A stretch of 64,000 bases of DNA from Vicinamibacterales bacterium (GCA_035633215.1 DASQFI010000033.1:25521-89520); one strand, 5' to 3'; counted from the first letter of the stretch, positions 9,374 through 19,132 are shown. Numbers and translations: made by a program. Notes: a model not told the origin generated them from the letters alone.

Positions 9374-9982
9374 ATGAGACGCATGATCAGTGCGGCGGCG
9401 CTTGCCGTCGCGATGCTTGCAGTGCCTGCCGTCGCGCGCGCACAGAACGGCAACTTCCAGGTGCAGGGATTCGGCGGCCTGACGGTGCGCGGAGTCAGCA
9501 CCGCGGAAACGTTCGGCGGCAACATCGCCGTGCCGCTTTCGAGCCACGTGCAAATCGTCGCCGAGGGCGGGCGCATGAACGACGTCATGTCGCCGATGCT
9601 TGCGACGCTGCTCGACTTCGCACCGGTGGATGTGCGGCTGTCAGCCTACTACGGCCAGGCCGGCGTCCGGATTCTTGGCTCGTCCGACAGGGCGGTGCGC
9701 CCCTACGCGGAGGCGACGGCCGGATTCGCACGGCTCCGCTCCAATTTCTCAGGCATCGGCTCGAACGAGGACGCGATCATCAACGCGGGCCTGCAGTTTC
9801 TCGATTCGACCAGGCCGATGCTCGGCGTCGGCGGCGGCCTGATGCTCCAGGGCGGACCAGTGGTCGTGGATCTCGGTTATCGCTTCAACAAGATCTCGGC
9901 CGGCAACGTCATCCAGACCGCGCTCGCCGGCGGAGACCTCGGCGTGCATCAGTTCAGGTTTGGATTGGGAGTGAGATTCTGA
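9374..9982 (+). CDS. Small outer-membrane beta-barrel protein (OmpW/OmpA-like 8-strand barrel family)
   Basis: Internal Met of ORF 9011..9982 with SD-like gaggtg. Signal peptide MRRMISAAALAVAMLAVPAVARAQ, alternating amphipathic strands and a C-terminal ...FRFGLGVRF ending in Phe, typical of OMP barrels. Confidence 0.6.
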   Translation: MRRMISAAALAVAMLAVPAVARAQNGNFQVQGFGGLTVRGVSTAETFGGNIAVPLSSHVQIVAEGGRMNDVMSPMLATLLDFAPVDVRLSAYYGQAGVRILGSSDRAVRPYAEATAGFARLRSNFSGIGSNEDAIINAGLQFLDSTRPMLGVGGGLMLQGGPVVVDLGYRFNKISAGNVIQTALAGGDLGVHQFRFGLGVRF

Positions 9983-10063
9983 GCAGGTCTTAAAGGCTTT
10001 TCGCCTTTTGGCCTTCTTGTCACGGCTTCTCTCCCGATACACACTGACACTTGAGGTCGATCC

Positions 10064-10816
10064 ATGGGACGCATTCTCAATGTCAGTACGCTCGTGTTGC
10101 TCGTCGGTTTGATGGGCTCAGGGCTCACCGCGCAGACGGACGCCGCACAACCTGCCGCGCTCCCGACGATCGATCAGGTGCTCGACAAGTACACCGCGGG
10201 CAGTGGCGGCCGCGCGGCGCTCGAGAAAGTCACGTCGTTCCGTGCGACGGGGACCATTCAGATTCCCGATGTTGGCGTCGGGGGGTCGATCGAGCTGCTC
10301 CAGAAAGCTCCGAACAAGGCCTCCACCGTCGTCGAGCTGAGCGGCATCGGCCGGCAGCGGGACGTGTTCGACGGGACGATCGCCTGGAGCGAGGATCCGC
10401 AGAACGGCGTGCGCGAAAAGATCGGCGTCGAGCTGGCGGAAGCCAGGCGCGGTGCGACGTTCGGCCGCGAGCTGAAGATGAAGTCGATGTACAAGACGCT
10501 CACGGTGAAGGGGCGCGAGAAAGTCGGCGCGCGCGAGGCGTTCGTCGTCGAGGGCGTGCCTGACGAGGGCAGCCCGATCAAGCTGTTCTTCGACGTCGAG
10601 TCGGGCCTGCTCGTCCAGCAGTCAGGCTCGCGCACCAGCCCGCAAGGCCCCATCGAGGTGACGGTCACCTTCGAGGACTTTCGCGCGATCGACGGCGTCC
10701 AGCGCCCATTCACGATCCGCCAGGCGACGTCGATGTTCACGGCCATCATCCAGCTGACGGACATCACCCACAACGTGCCGATTGACGACGTGGTGTTCAG
10801 GAAGCCGGGCTTTTGA
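10064..10816 (+). CDS. Secreted hypothetical protein, LolA-like / lipoprotein-sorting-like fold suspected
   Basis: Signal peptide MGRILNVSTLVLLVGLMGSGLTAQ and a 250-aa beta-rich product. The family assignment is tentative. Confidence 0.5.
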   Translation: MGRILNVSTLVLLVGLMGSGLTAQTDAAQPAALPTIDQVLDKYTAGSGGRAALEKVTSFRATGTIQIPDVGVGGSIELLQKAPNKASTVVELSGIGRQRDVFDGTIAWSEDPQNGVREKIGVELAEARRGATFGRELKMKSMYKTLTVKGREKVGAREAFVVEGVPDEGSPIKLFFDVESGLLVQQSGSRTSPQGPIEVTVTFEDFRAIDGVQRPFTIRQATSMFTAIIQLTDITHNVPIDDVVFRKPGF

Positions 10817-10923
10817 GCGCGTTCCCACACAATTCAACCTGTTGAAACTCCGGGCGCGTTCGAGGAGGATCGGGCCTCGCGCGCAAGGTAGGGGGTGGAG
10901 CGGCAGCCGCAGGGGAATTCATC

Positions 10924-12165
10924 ATGACGAGAAACGTCTGTCTCGTGTCCCTGGCCATCGCCGGATTCCTGGCGGGGTGCAGCAAGCCGGAACCAGGGCC
11001 AAGCGCCACTCCCGCGTCGAGCCCGACGCCAGCGGGAACCGCGACGCCGCCACCCCAGGCCGCGCCGCCCGCGGCCCAACAGGCCCCGCCTGCTGCGCCG
11101 GCAGCGACGGCCACCGCGCCCACGGATCCAAACGCCGAGTACGACAAGGCCGCTGCGCTGGCCGCCGCCGGCAAGATCGCCGACGCCCGAGCGCTGTTCG
11201 AGACGGCGGCGCGACAGGACCCGCGGGACCGTTCGCTCGCAATCGCGGCCCAGATGTTTCGAGATATGGACGAAGGCCGTCTGTCGGCCGATGTGGTCCA
11301 GCGAATCTTCCGGGCGCTCGAGCACGCGAATGCGGCGCGGTGGACCGAGGCCTATGCCGATGCAGACGAAGCCGCCCGCCTCGCACCCACTTACGGGAAT
11401 GCACACGACACGCGCGGCAAACTCCTCGTGGCCCAGGGCAAATATGGTGAGGCGCTCGCGGTCTACAGCCGGATCTTGGAGATGGATCCCAAGTCTGCCG
11501 ACGCGTACTACAATCGCGGCGCGATCTACGCCGAAACGCGCCGTCATGATGCGGCGATCGCCGACTACAACCGGGCCATCGAGCTGGATCCGTCGTTTTC
11601 GGAGGCCTATCGCAATCGCGGGTCCGCGCAGACATTCAAGAACGACGGGCAGGCGGCGCTTGCCGACTACGCCAAAGCGCATGAGCTCAACCCGCGTGCG
11701 CCCGAGCCGCTCTATCTACGCGGCGTGCTCCTCGCCCTCCTCGGCAACTGGAAGGAGGCGGAGGCCGATTTCACGCGCGCGATCGAGCGGGACGCCGAGT
11801 ACGCAGAGGCCTACTACGATCGCGGTGTCGCGTTCCAGAACTTAAAGAATGACGATCGCGCGTTCGCCGACTTCACGAAGGCGATCGAGCTCAACCCGGC
11901 CAACCCGGCGGCGCTCATCAATCGGGGATTGATCCAGGCGGGCCGCAAGCAGTACGACCTGGCGACCGCCGACTACGACAAAGCGATTGCCGCCAACCCC
12001 ACGATGATCGTCGCGTACTACAACAAGGGATTCGCGTTGGACCAGCAGGGCCGTGCGAAAGAGGCGGTCGCGTCGTATCAGGCGTTTCTGCGGAAGGCCG
12101 GGGCGGAACACGCGGCACTCGCCGCACGCGCCCGCGAGCGGATCGCGGTCCTCGGAAAAATGTAG
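10924..12165 (+). CDS. TPR-repeat lipoprotein
   Basis: Lipobox LAGC. A Pro/Ala-rich linker, then at least 8 TPR units with repeated AYYNRG / AYRNRG / AYYDRG / AYYNKG signatures. Confidence 0.85.
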   Translation: MTRNVCLVSLAIAGFLAGCSKPEPGPSATPASSPTPAGTATPPPQAAPPAAQQAPPAAPAATATAPTDPNAEYDKAAALAAAGKIADARALFETAARQDPRDRSLAIAAQMFRDMDEGRLSADVVQRIFRALEHANAARWTEAYADADEAARLAPTYGNAHDTRGKLLVAQGKYGEALAVYSRILEMDPKSADAYYNRGAIYAETRRHDAAIADYNRAIELDPSFSEAYRNRGSAQTFKNDGQAALADYAKAHELNPRAPEPLYLRGVLLALLGNWKEAEADFTRAIERDAEYAEAYYDRGVAFQNLKNDDRAFADFTKAIELNPANPAALINRGLIQAGRKQYDLATADYDKAIAANPTMIVAYYNKGFALDQQGRAKEAVASYQAFLRKAGAEHAALAARARERIAVLGKM

Positions 12166-12244
12166 GACGCGGCCCTACTGCGTTCTCAATTCCGACACCG
12201 CATCGATCCGCAGCCCTCGGACGCGAACACGCATAAACAGCCCT

Positions 12245-12292
12245 GGCTTTCAGGCCTTCAGCGGCTTTGAGCCTTTCAGCCTCTTTCAGCGC
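12245..12292. repeat. Tandem CTTTCAG(C)-type octamer array between convergent genes
   Basis: ggctttcaggccttcagcggctttgagcctttcagcctctttcagc read directly. Confidence 0.7.
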
Positions 12293-12318
12293 ATGCGGGC
12301 AATAGTACCCGTGGTGCG

Positions 12319-13933
12319 TTACTTGACCTTCTGAATGTCGAACAGCCGCACGGTGCCGCTGGTCTCATTGGCCACGACCAGCATCGGACGGCCGGTCGGA
12401 CTGTCATCCTCGGACGACGATGCTTTCGGGACCGGAATCGGTGGTGGCCGATGCCGCCCGGCTGAAGTCGCGCGTGTTGATGTACTGGACGAAGGTCGGC
12501 GCCGTCGGGTCGCCAACTTCATACACGATCACGCCGCCGACACGCTCCAGCGCGATGAAGATGAACGTGCGGCCGTACAGCTTCGCGACGGCCACGCCTT
12601 CAGGTTCTGGACCCTTGTCGTCACTCCGGCTGTCGCGCGCGTTGCCCGTGTTGTTGGCGTTGAAACCATTGGGCAGCAAGGCCAGCGTCCGTTGCTCGAG
12701 ATCGTCCCCACTGTCGAAGACCAGTGCTCCCGTCTCCGACCAGATCGAGAACGACCGCGCGCCGAAGGCGAACAGACGATCGAAATCGCCATCGTTGTCG
12801 GTGTCGCCCATCGCCGTGCTGATGTTGAGCCGTCCAAGCGCCGTGGCGGTTTGAAGGGTTCCGGCGTTCGGAAATGCCGTGGGGTCGAGCGGGATCGGTG
12901 GATTGGAGGCGCTGCCGATGATGCCCACCCGGCGCGATTCATTGCCCGCTGCATTGAAGCCCGCGTACTCGCGCGCATCCCCTTCGTTGGCGGTGACCAC
13001 GTAGCTCTTGCCCTGCGATTCGAACGTCGCGATACCGTCGGGCAGGAACATGCCCCAGACGGGCCAGGTCGTAATGTTCGGGCCCCCGTCGCTGTCGCTC
13101 GCGTCCAGCTTGTTCCTCGACAGGAGATGGTTCTTGAACCCCAGACCGACCAGATCCACGACGCGCTTGGCTTTGAGATCAATGATGGCGAGCGCGTTGT
13201 TCTCCTGAAGCGTGACCCACGCCGTATGCGAGTTGTGCGAGACCGCGATGTACTCCGGCTCCAGATCCTGGGCGACCGACGCTCCGGGCCCGAAGATCCG
13301 AATCGACGGATCGAGGGAGGCACGACTGAACCCGCCAAACCCCGCGGTCGTGACATCGCTTTGCGACAACGAGGCGACGCCGCCCCGGATATCGATGATG
13401 CTGACGCTGCCTTCCGGATCGATCGTGTACGCACCGTTCGGCTCGCCCTCGTTGGCGACGAGCACCAGATCGCCGTTGGGCGAGAACGTGATCATGTCTG
13501 GCAGCGCGCCAACCGTCACCTCGCTCAGCGGGGACCCGAACGCGGTAAAGAACACCGCCTTGCCGGGATTCTGCTTGACCGTCGCTTCAACCGCCACCGC
13601 CACGACGCCGTCTTTCACAGCCACGCTGTTGGCCTGGGCGCCATACGGCGAGACGTCGATGATCGCCGTGAGAAATGGCTTCAGCGGATCGGAGACGTCG
13701 ATGATGTCGATTTGCGAGAGCGCGACGTTGACCGAGAACACGCGACGGGTCGCCGGGTCGTACGCAACGATTTCAGCCGCAACTTTTTCGAAGATACCCG
13801 TCTGATACTGCCCGAGCGGCACGAGCTCGATGAACTTGTCCGGCGGCGCGCTGGCGAGCCGCGTGCCACCCGTTGCCGTCATTGCCAGCGCGATCAGCGC
13901 GCTCCCCACCAGCACCCGACTCGTCACCCTCAT
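12319..13933 (-). CDS. Choice-of-anchor-I-like secreted beta-propeller protein (phytase-like esterase family), with an apparent 1-nt insertion near 12412
   Basis: ORF 12404..13933 carries a signal peptide and repeated beta-propeller blades and ends ...DSGPESIVVRG*. The conserved family C-terminus EDDSPTGRPMLVVANETSGTVRLFDIQKVK is in another frame (ORF 12319..12522). Removing one c from gtcgtcCgagg joins them as ...ESIVVEDDSPTGRPML... Confidence 0.6.
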
Positions 13934-14047
13934 GCGTACGCCCTCCCAGCCGCTTCGCGGCTGGATATGCGTATCAACCTGATGCGACGACGACGTAAAC
14001 GAAGCGGGCGTCTTCTCGAGGACGGACTTTTGTCAGCGTGATGGTAG

Positions 14048-15292
14048 CTACTTCACTTCCTTCATGTATCTCACCCGCCACACTCGATTGCCGCCGTCGT
14101 CGGACACGAGCAACGATCCATCGGGTAACTGGAGCAGCCCGACTGGCCGGCCCCACGTGTGCTTTTCTTCGTCATCGCGCGCGATGAAACCGGTCAGGAA
14201 GTCCTGCGGCGGACCGGCGGGCCTGCCGTTGCTGAAGGGCACGCGAACGACGGCGTACCCGGAGAGCCTGGAGCGGTTGATCGATCCGTGGAGCGCAACG
14301 AATGCATTGTCCCGGTACTCAGCAGGAAACTGCGTGCCACTGTAGAAGACCAACCCGAGCGCGGCGGAGTGTGACGTCAACAGCACGTCCGGCGCGATCG
14401 CTTTGAGGACAAGGTCCGGGCGCGGTGGATTCACGGTCGGATCGACGTGTTTGCCGATGTACGCGTACGGCCATCCGTAGAACCCGCCGTCGCGCACTGA
14501 CGTGATGAAGTCCGGCACCAGATCGTCGCCCAGGTGATCGCGCTCGTTGACGGCCGTCCACAGCGTGCTCGTGCCCGGCAAGAAGGCCAGGCCGACCGGA
14601 TTCCGCAATCCGCTCGCGTACTCGCGATGTCCGCTGCCGTCGGGGTTGTACTCGTGGATCGCCGCGCGGCTGACGCCGCCGGCAGGATCTTCGGGCGTCG
14701 CATTGGTCGCCGAGCCGACCGTGACGTACAGCTTCGTGCCGGCAGGATTGAAGATGACGTTCCGCGTCCAGTGGTTGTAGCCGCGCGTCTGGTTGAGCGG
14801 AATGTTCAGCCGCGTCGCAGTGTCCTGATCGAGCGCAGCATCACTCGCCGGAAGATCAGTGATGCGCTCGGGCGCGGACGTCGCCTTGATTTGACCCGGC
14901 TCGTACGTGAACCGCACGACCGAGTCGTTGTTCCCGACGTAGAGATAGTTCTTCCAGAACGCGAGCCCGAATGGCCGGTTGAGCCCGCTCGCAAACGTCT
15001 CGCGCATCTCGGCGATGCCGTCCCCATCCGCATCGCGCAGGACGGTGATCTTCCCCGCCCCTCTCACGGGCTCGGCCAGAAACACATCCCCGTTTGGCGC
15101 GAGCGCCATGAAACGCGCGAACTCGAGCTTCTCGGCGAAGACATTCACGTGGAAACCGGCAGGTAGCGAGAGCCGATGTCCATCGGGCATCGCGACCACT
15201 CGCGTCCCCCGGCGGAACCATGGCGTGTGAAACGGCGCCGGCAGCTGCTGGCCGAACAGCAGGACGAACAACGCGATCGCGCGAATCGCCAT
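14048..15292 (-). CDS. PQQ-dependent sugar (glucose/sorbosone) dehydrogenase family beta-propeller protein, secreted
   Basis: Trimmed to the Met at 15292. Signal peptide MAIRAIALFVLLFGQQLPAPF. Motifs PNGDVFLAEPVRG, NRPFGLAF, GLRNPVGLAF, GGFYGWPY and HGSINRS match the soluble glucose/sorbosone dehydrogenase family. The upstream extension contains a non-coding tandem repeat. Confidence 0.8.
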   Translation of the reverse strand: MAIRAIALFVLLFGQQLPAPFHTPWFRRGTRVVAMPDGHRLSLPAGFHVNVFAEKLEFARFMALAPNGDVFLAEPVRGAGKITVLRDADGDGIAEMRETFASGLNRPFGLAFWKNYLYVGNNDSVVRFTYEPGQIKATSAPERITDLPASDAALDQDTATRLNIPLNQTRGYNHWTRNVIFNPAGTKLYVTVGSATNATPEDPAGGVSRAAIHEYNPDGSGHREYASGLRNPVGLAFLPGTSTLWTAVNERDHLGDDLVPDFITSVRDGGFYGWPYAYIGKHVDPTVNPPRPDLVLKAIAPDVLLTSHSAALGLVFYSGTQFPAEYRDNAFVALHGSINRSRLSGYAVVRVPFSNGRPAGPPQDFLTGFIARDDEEKHTWGRPVGLLQLPDGSLLVSDDGGNRVWRVRYMKEVK

Positions 15293-15329
15293 GACGTCAA
15301 CAGTATGCTCCCACCGAGCTCCGTCGTCT

Positions 15330-15366
15330 CCGCGCCTTTGAGCCGTTGAGCCGTTGAGCCGTTGAG
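15330..15366. repeat. Tandem GAGCCGTT octamer x4.6
   Basis: gagccgttgagccgttgagccgttgagccgttgagcc, in the divergent region between 15292 and 15438. It falls inside the N-terminal extension of track ORF 14048..15394, which argues against that extension being coding. Confidence 0.9.
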
Positions 15367-15437
15367 CCGTTGAGCCTTTAGGAGAGCGTTCCACGATCGT
15401 TCCCCTGCCGTGTCTTTACCTCCAGGGAGGTAGTGAC

Positions 15438-16019
15438 ATGAAACGTGTAGTCCCGGTAATCGCAATCGGGCTGGGCCTGCTGTGCGCGACCCTGTCGGCG
15501 CAGGGGCGAAACTTCGCGGGGTCGTGGACGATCGATCTCGAACGTACGGCGGCGGCAAATGCCGGCGCAGTCATGGGTGGACGCGGCGGCGGCGGGGGCG
15601 GCGGCATGCGGAGCGGCGGCGGGGGTGGTGGCGGCACCGTGACCCCGGTGACCGGTGGCGTGGTCGGCGGCGGCGCGCGTGGCGGCGGGGGCGGCATGCG
15701 GAGCGGCGGCACAGGTCCGGTGCCGATGAGCATCACGGCCGACGCCAACACGTTCACGGTCGGCTCCGGCGAGACGACCACGACCTATCGGCTCGACGGC
15801 ACGGCCACGACCAACGAAACGCCGCGCGGCCAGGTCACCGTCAAAGCGTCGTGGCAGGGCGATCGCGTCGTGATCGAAACGACGAATCAGGGACCGAGCG
15901 GCCCGATGGTGTCGACGGCCACCTGGTACCTCGAAGGCGACGCGCTCGTCCGCGAAACCAGTGCGCCCGGACCGAACGGCGAGGCCATCTTGCGCAAAAC
16001 GTACTTCAAGCGAGGGTGA
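15438..16019 (+). CDS. Secreted lipocalin-like protein with internal Gly-rich repeat (RGGGGGGGMRSGG x2); paralog of 50042..50578
   Basis: SD ggagg 8 nt upstream. Signal peptide MKRVVPVIAIGLGLLCATLSAQG, conserved FAGSWTIDLERT, Gly-rich insert, C-terminal beta-rich domain. Confidence 0.7.
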   Translation: MKRVVPVIAIGLGLLCATLSAQGRNFAGSWTIDLERTAAANAGAVMGGRGGGGGGGMRSGGGGGGGTVTPVTGGVVGGGARGGGGGMRSGGTGPVPMSITADANTFTVGSGETTTTYRLDGTATTNETPRGQVTVKASWQGDRVVIETTNQGPSGPMVSTATWYLEGDALVRETSAPGPNGEAILRKTYFKRG

Positions 16020-16028
16020 GGGGCAGAA

Positions 16029-16066
16029 ATCTGCGACCGGCGATCCAAGGATCGCCGGTCGCAGAT
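16029..16066. terminator. Bidirectional intrinsic-terminator-like hairpin (18-bp perfect stem, 2-nt loop)
   Basis: atctgcgaccggcgatcc aa ggatcgccggtcgcagat lies 10 nt after the stop of 15438..16019, between convergent genes. Confidence 0.6.
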
Positions 16067-16168
16067 ACTTCCAATCTCAAATCTCTAATTTCAGATCTCA
16101 AATCTCAGATCTCAAATCTAGATTTCAGATCGCGATTCCAGATCTCAGATTTCAGTTCTCAGTTTAGA
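16067..16168. repeat. Tandem array of TCAAATCT / AGATCTCA units, rich in AGATCT palindromes
   Basis: acttccaatctcaaatctctaatttcagatctcaaatctcagatctcaaatctagatttcagatcgcgattccagatctcagatttcagttctcagtttagatc read directly. Confidence 0.8.
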
Positions 16169-16169
16169 T

Positions 16170-17321
16170 CTAACTCCCCGGCACCGGCGTCAACCGCATC
16201 CGCAGCGAGAGTTTGTGGCCCTGGAGAATCTCGAGGGTCTTCGCGCTTGCGGCGAACCCGCCCGATATTTCCTCCGACGATCCTCTGCCGCGTCCGCCGG
16301 CGAGCACTCCGCCCTGCGCGCCAGCACCTTGTTCGCGTTGAGTGTCGGGACCGAGCGTGCCGCCGCCCCCGCCGGACGATCGGGCGCCGCCGCCGCCTCG
16401 TGCACCGCCGCCACCCCCGCCGCCTGTACGTCCGCGCGACGAGGCGCCCCACGTCGGGATTTCAAGCGACACGACCTCGGAGGGACCTGGCAGCGGAATC
16501 ATCGTTCCGGTCCCGCCTCTGACGCCGCCCGGCGGCACAGACTCGCCCGTGATCGCGCGCGTAATGGTCACGAAGACGAACTCGCCGCCGACCGGCGCGC
16601 GGTAGCGTTGAAACGACCCCAGGATCTCGATGCCGAGCTCGCCGCGCTCGCCCGACACCTTGAGGGGCGCAAAGCCGAATGACCCGCCGGTGACGTCGAG
16701 CCGCACTTTCTGATGGAGCGCTTGCTCGGCGCCCGACGGCAGCGTCTGCACCAGCCAGAGATCCGCGTTGATGGCCGGTCCTCCGCCGGCGACGGCGCCG
16801 AGCGGGACGAGTGCGCTGTTCACGGGTGCGGCCGGCGCCGTCCGCGCGAGCCGGATCTCGAGACCCAGGCCGACGGCGCGGCACGCGTCGGTCGCCGCCG
16901 GATTTGGAATGTGATCGAGCGGGATCCGATCGCCCGGATGCAGCTTCAGCTGGACCGTGCCCGACGGCCCGTTGGTGATCTTGCGTCCGCGATCCCACAC
17001 ACGCCGCCAGTCAATGCTCACGCTGACCACAGAGTCAGTGACGGTCAGAGCTTGCGACGCCAGCCGCCAGCCGAAGCCCGCGTCGGCCGGTTCGGTGGCC
17101 CCTGCCACGGACGTCTCGCACACCGAGCGGCGGCCATAGACGTGCACTACTGTCGGCGTCCCACCGGTCAGCGTCGTCGTCTCCGCCGTCACACCGCCGT
17201 CGGGCAGATAGACCGGCGCGGCGACAACGATTTTCAAGTCGCCGGGCGGGGTCGGAGAGCGCTGGACGACCGAGCCGGTCGACTGTCCGATCAGCGCGCT
17301 CAGAAGGAGGATGGGAAGCAT
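16170..17321 (-). CDS. Secreted hypothetical protein with C-terminal Gly-rich tail, last gene of the ECF sigma/anti-sigma operon
   Basis: 383-aa ORF with signal peptide MLPILLLSALIGQSTGS. No recognisable catalytic motif. GGGGGGGARGGGGARSSGGGGG near the C-terminus. Confidence 0.55.
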   Translation of the reverse strand: MLPILLLSALIGQSTGSVVQRSPTPPGDLKIVVAAPVYLPDGGVTAETTTLTGGTPTVVHVYGRRSVCETSVAGATEPADAGFGWRLASQALTVTDSVVSVSIDWRRVWDRGRKITNGPSGTVQLKLHPGDRIPLDHIPNPAATDACRAVGLGLEIRLARTAPAAPVNSALVPLGAVAGGGPAINADLWLVQTLPSGAEQALHQKVRLDVTGGSFGFAPLKVSGERGELGIEILGSFQRYRAPVGGEFVFVTITRAITGESVPPGGVRGGTGTMIPLPGPSEVVSLEIPTWGASSRGRTGGGGGGGARGGGGARSSGGGGGTLGPDTQREQGAGAQGGVLAGGRGRGSSEEISGGFAASAKTLEILQGHKLSLRMRLTPVPGS

Positions 17322-17322
17322 C

Positions 17323-17748
17323 TCAGCGCCCTCCGCCGCTTTCTTTCCAGTTGGGATCCATATCCAGCCTGATCACGCGGGTGGCCGCCGGGACGGGGAA
17401 CGCCTGCGGCGGCGAGGTGACGGCTTCTGACGGCGCGGCCGCCGGCCCCGGTCGCGGGACGATCACGCTGGCGTAGCGCGCGCCGACGAAGTATCCGCCG
17501 ACGAGACAGACGCCGGCGACCGTCGCCGCAATCAGCCAGTTGCGCATCCCGCCCGTCGCGGGGGTGTGCGGGATCGCGACCTCGGACGCGATTTCATCCT
17601 GGACCAGACCGCGAAGCAGCCACGCGTCCACGAGGTAGTCGCGGCCGGCCGAATCGGACAACGCGCGCTTCAGCGCGTCGGGATCGACCGCCTCCCCGTC
17701 AACGAAGGCGTCCAGGATTTCGTGTGAAGCGTCCATCGTGTCCTCCAA
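17323..17748 (-). CDS. Anti-sigma factor (single-pass membrane protein)
   Basis: Sits immediately downstream of the ECF sigma gene. N-terminal cytoplasmic helix segment (ILDAFVDGEAVDPDALKRAL), a central TM helix (WLIAATVAGVCLVGGYFVGA) and a Pro-rich extracytoplasmic tail. Confidence 0.6.
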   Translation of the reverse strand: MEDTMDASHEILDAFVDGEAVDPDALKRALSDSAGRDYLVDAWLLRGLVQDEIASEVAIPHTPATGGMRNWLIAATVAGVCLVGGYFVGARYASVIVPRPGPAAAPSEAVTSPPQAFPVPAATRVIRLDMDPNWKESGGGR

Positions 17749-17751
17749 AAC

Positions 17752-18279
17752 TCAGCGATCGCGCGTCGACCCGGGCCCGGCGGTGGTGCAGCGCACGCCT
17801 CGTTGCGCGCGCACGTCGAGCGACGCGCCGAGCGCGGCGCGCAACGCCACGCGTGCATGGTGCAGGCGCGACCGGACCGTCTCCACCGAGACGTCGCACG
17901 CCGAGGCCATCTCGTCGTAGCGGAGACCGACGATCTCGCGCAGCAGGAACAGGTCGCGCTCCAGCTCCGGCAGCGCGTCGATCGCGTGGCGCAACGCCGC
18001 CCCAAGCTCCTGTGTGCCGGGGGTCGCGCGATCGGGCAACCCATTGGCGATCGGCCGACGCCGGTCGTCTCGAACGTGATTGAGCGCCAGATTACGCGCG
18101 ATGCGAAAGACCCAGGCACGCCGGCCCATGTCGGTGGCTTCGGGCAGACCCGCCCGAGACACCCGGAGGAAGACCTCCTGGGTCAGATCCCGGGCAGTGT
18201 CGGACTCGCCGACAATGCGCCGGAGGTACCGAAAGACACCCTCCCGGTGATCCGCGTAGAAGCGGTCGACGTCGGCCAC
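17752..18279 (-). CDS. ECF (sigma-70 family group 4) sigma factor
   Basis: Region 2 (FRYLRRIVGESDTARDLTQEVFLRVSRAGLP...RAWVFRIARNLALNHVRDDRRRP) and region 4 (LPELERDLFLLREIVGLRYDEMASACDVSVETVRSRLHHARVALR). The track ORF extends to 18495 with an Arg/Pro-rich N-terminal extension that I reject. The proposed GTG start at 18279 is inferred from domain boundaries, not proven. Confidence 0.7.
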   Translation of the reverse strand: MADVDRFYADHREGVFRYLRRIVGESDTARDLTQEVFLRVSRAGLPEATDMGRRAWVFRIARNLALNHVRDDRRRPIANGLPDRATPGTQELGAALRHAIDALPELERDLFLLREIVGLRYDEMASACDVSVETVRSRLHHARVALRAALGASLDVRAQRGVRCTTAGPGSTRDR

Positions 18280-18352
18280 GCGCGTGACTCTGTCGGATAA
18301 GAACACCGGAAAGAGCAGATCGTGAAAAGCGCCCGTCGGTCTTGCGACGAGT

Positions 18353-19132
18353 CTACTGGCGGCGGCCGAACGGCTTGCCGGGCGGCGCGGGCGACGTCGG
18401 GGCGGGCAGCTCCAGCTCCAGCCGGCGCACTTCAGGACCGATGACGCGTTCGAACAGGTCGCGGAACCGCGTATGCGCCAGGCCCGCCGTGACACTCGGC
18501 GTCACCCGGTAGTCGATCACGCGCGCGCGATGGAGGACGACGGCGACGAGATGAGCCAGATGCGGATCGAGCATGGCCAGATCCACGCGGTCGCGCGAGG
18601 CTTCGGTCGCAAGCCGCTCCTGCACCCGGTTCTTCAACTGCGGATACAGGCGCTCAGCAAACAGGTCTGGATCGTAGCGGGGCGCGGCGGACGCCTCGAA
18701 CACAGTCCCGTCGCTTCCAACCGCGACGACGCCCGCGACGCCAATTTTGGCGAGATGCATCAGATCCGACCGGCTCAGACTGACGCAGGACGGATGGTTG
18801 TGGACCAGCAGCGCCTGAAGCTCACGCTCGCTCAGCTCGCGCGTCAGGTCGATCGGCAGCATGACGCGATCGCGCTCGCCGTCGACCACACCGAGCACCA
18901 AACCATCAGGCATCACCACGAGCAGGCGTTCATGACGGGGCGCCGGACCGCCGTTGGCGAGCGCGGCTTGCCAGTACGAACCGTTCAGTCCGGATGCGCG
19001 ACCCTTGGGGAAGACGAGGCGCCGTTCTGAGGCTGCGGAAGCGCTCTGCTGCGGTCCGGCAAGCAGGACGGCGGAGAACGGCAGGCCAGCCAGACACGCA
19101 GCCAGACAGACGCGTCGCACGCAGGTCGACAT
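18353..19132 (-). CDS. Hypothetical protein with hydrophobic N-terminus and a RadC-like JAB/MPN motif (HNHPSxxxxSxxD)
   Basis: LLVHNHPSCVSLSRSDLMHLAKIGVAGVVAVGSDGTVF resembles the RadC/DUF2466 signature HNHPSGxxxPSxxDxxxT. The N-terminal 35 residues look like a signal peptide. The true start is uncertain. Confidence 0.4.
   Translation of the reverse strand: MSTCVRRVCLAACLAGLPFSAVLLAGPQQSASAASERRLVFPKGRASGLNGSYWQAALANGGPAPRHERLLVVMPDGLVLGVVDGERDRVMLPIDLTRELSERELQALLVHNHPSCVSLSRSDLMHLAKIGVAGVVAVGSDGTVFEASAAPRYDPDLFAERLYPQLKNRVQERLATEASRDRVDLAMLDPHLAHLVAVVLHRARVIDYRVTPSVTAGLAHTRFRDLFERVIGPEVRRLELELPAPTSPAPPGKPFGRRQ

Noticed and set aside
17752-18495. Long N-terminal extension of the ECF sigma ORF (Met at 18495)
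   Set aside because: The extension is Arg/Pro/Ser-rich, has no sigma-factor homology and would leave only a 73-bp gap otherwise. The sigma region 2.1 begins right after the proposed GTG at 18279. The extension cannot be fully excluded.
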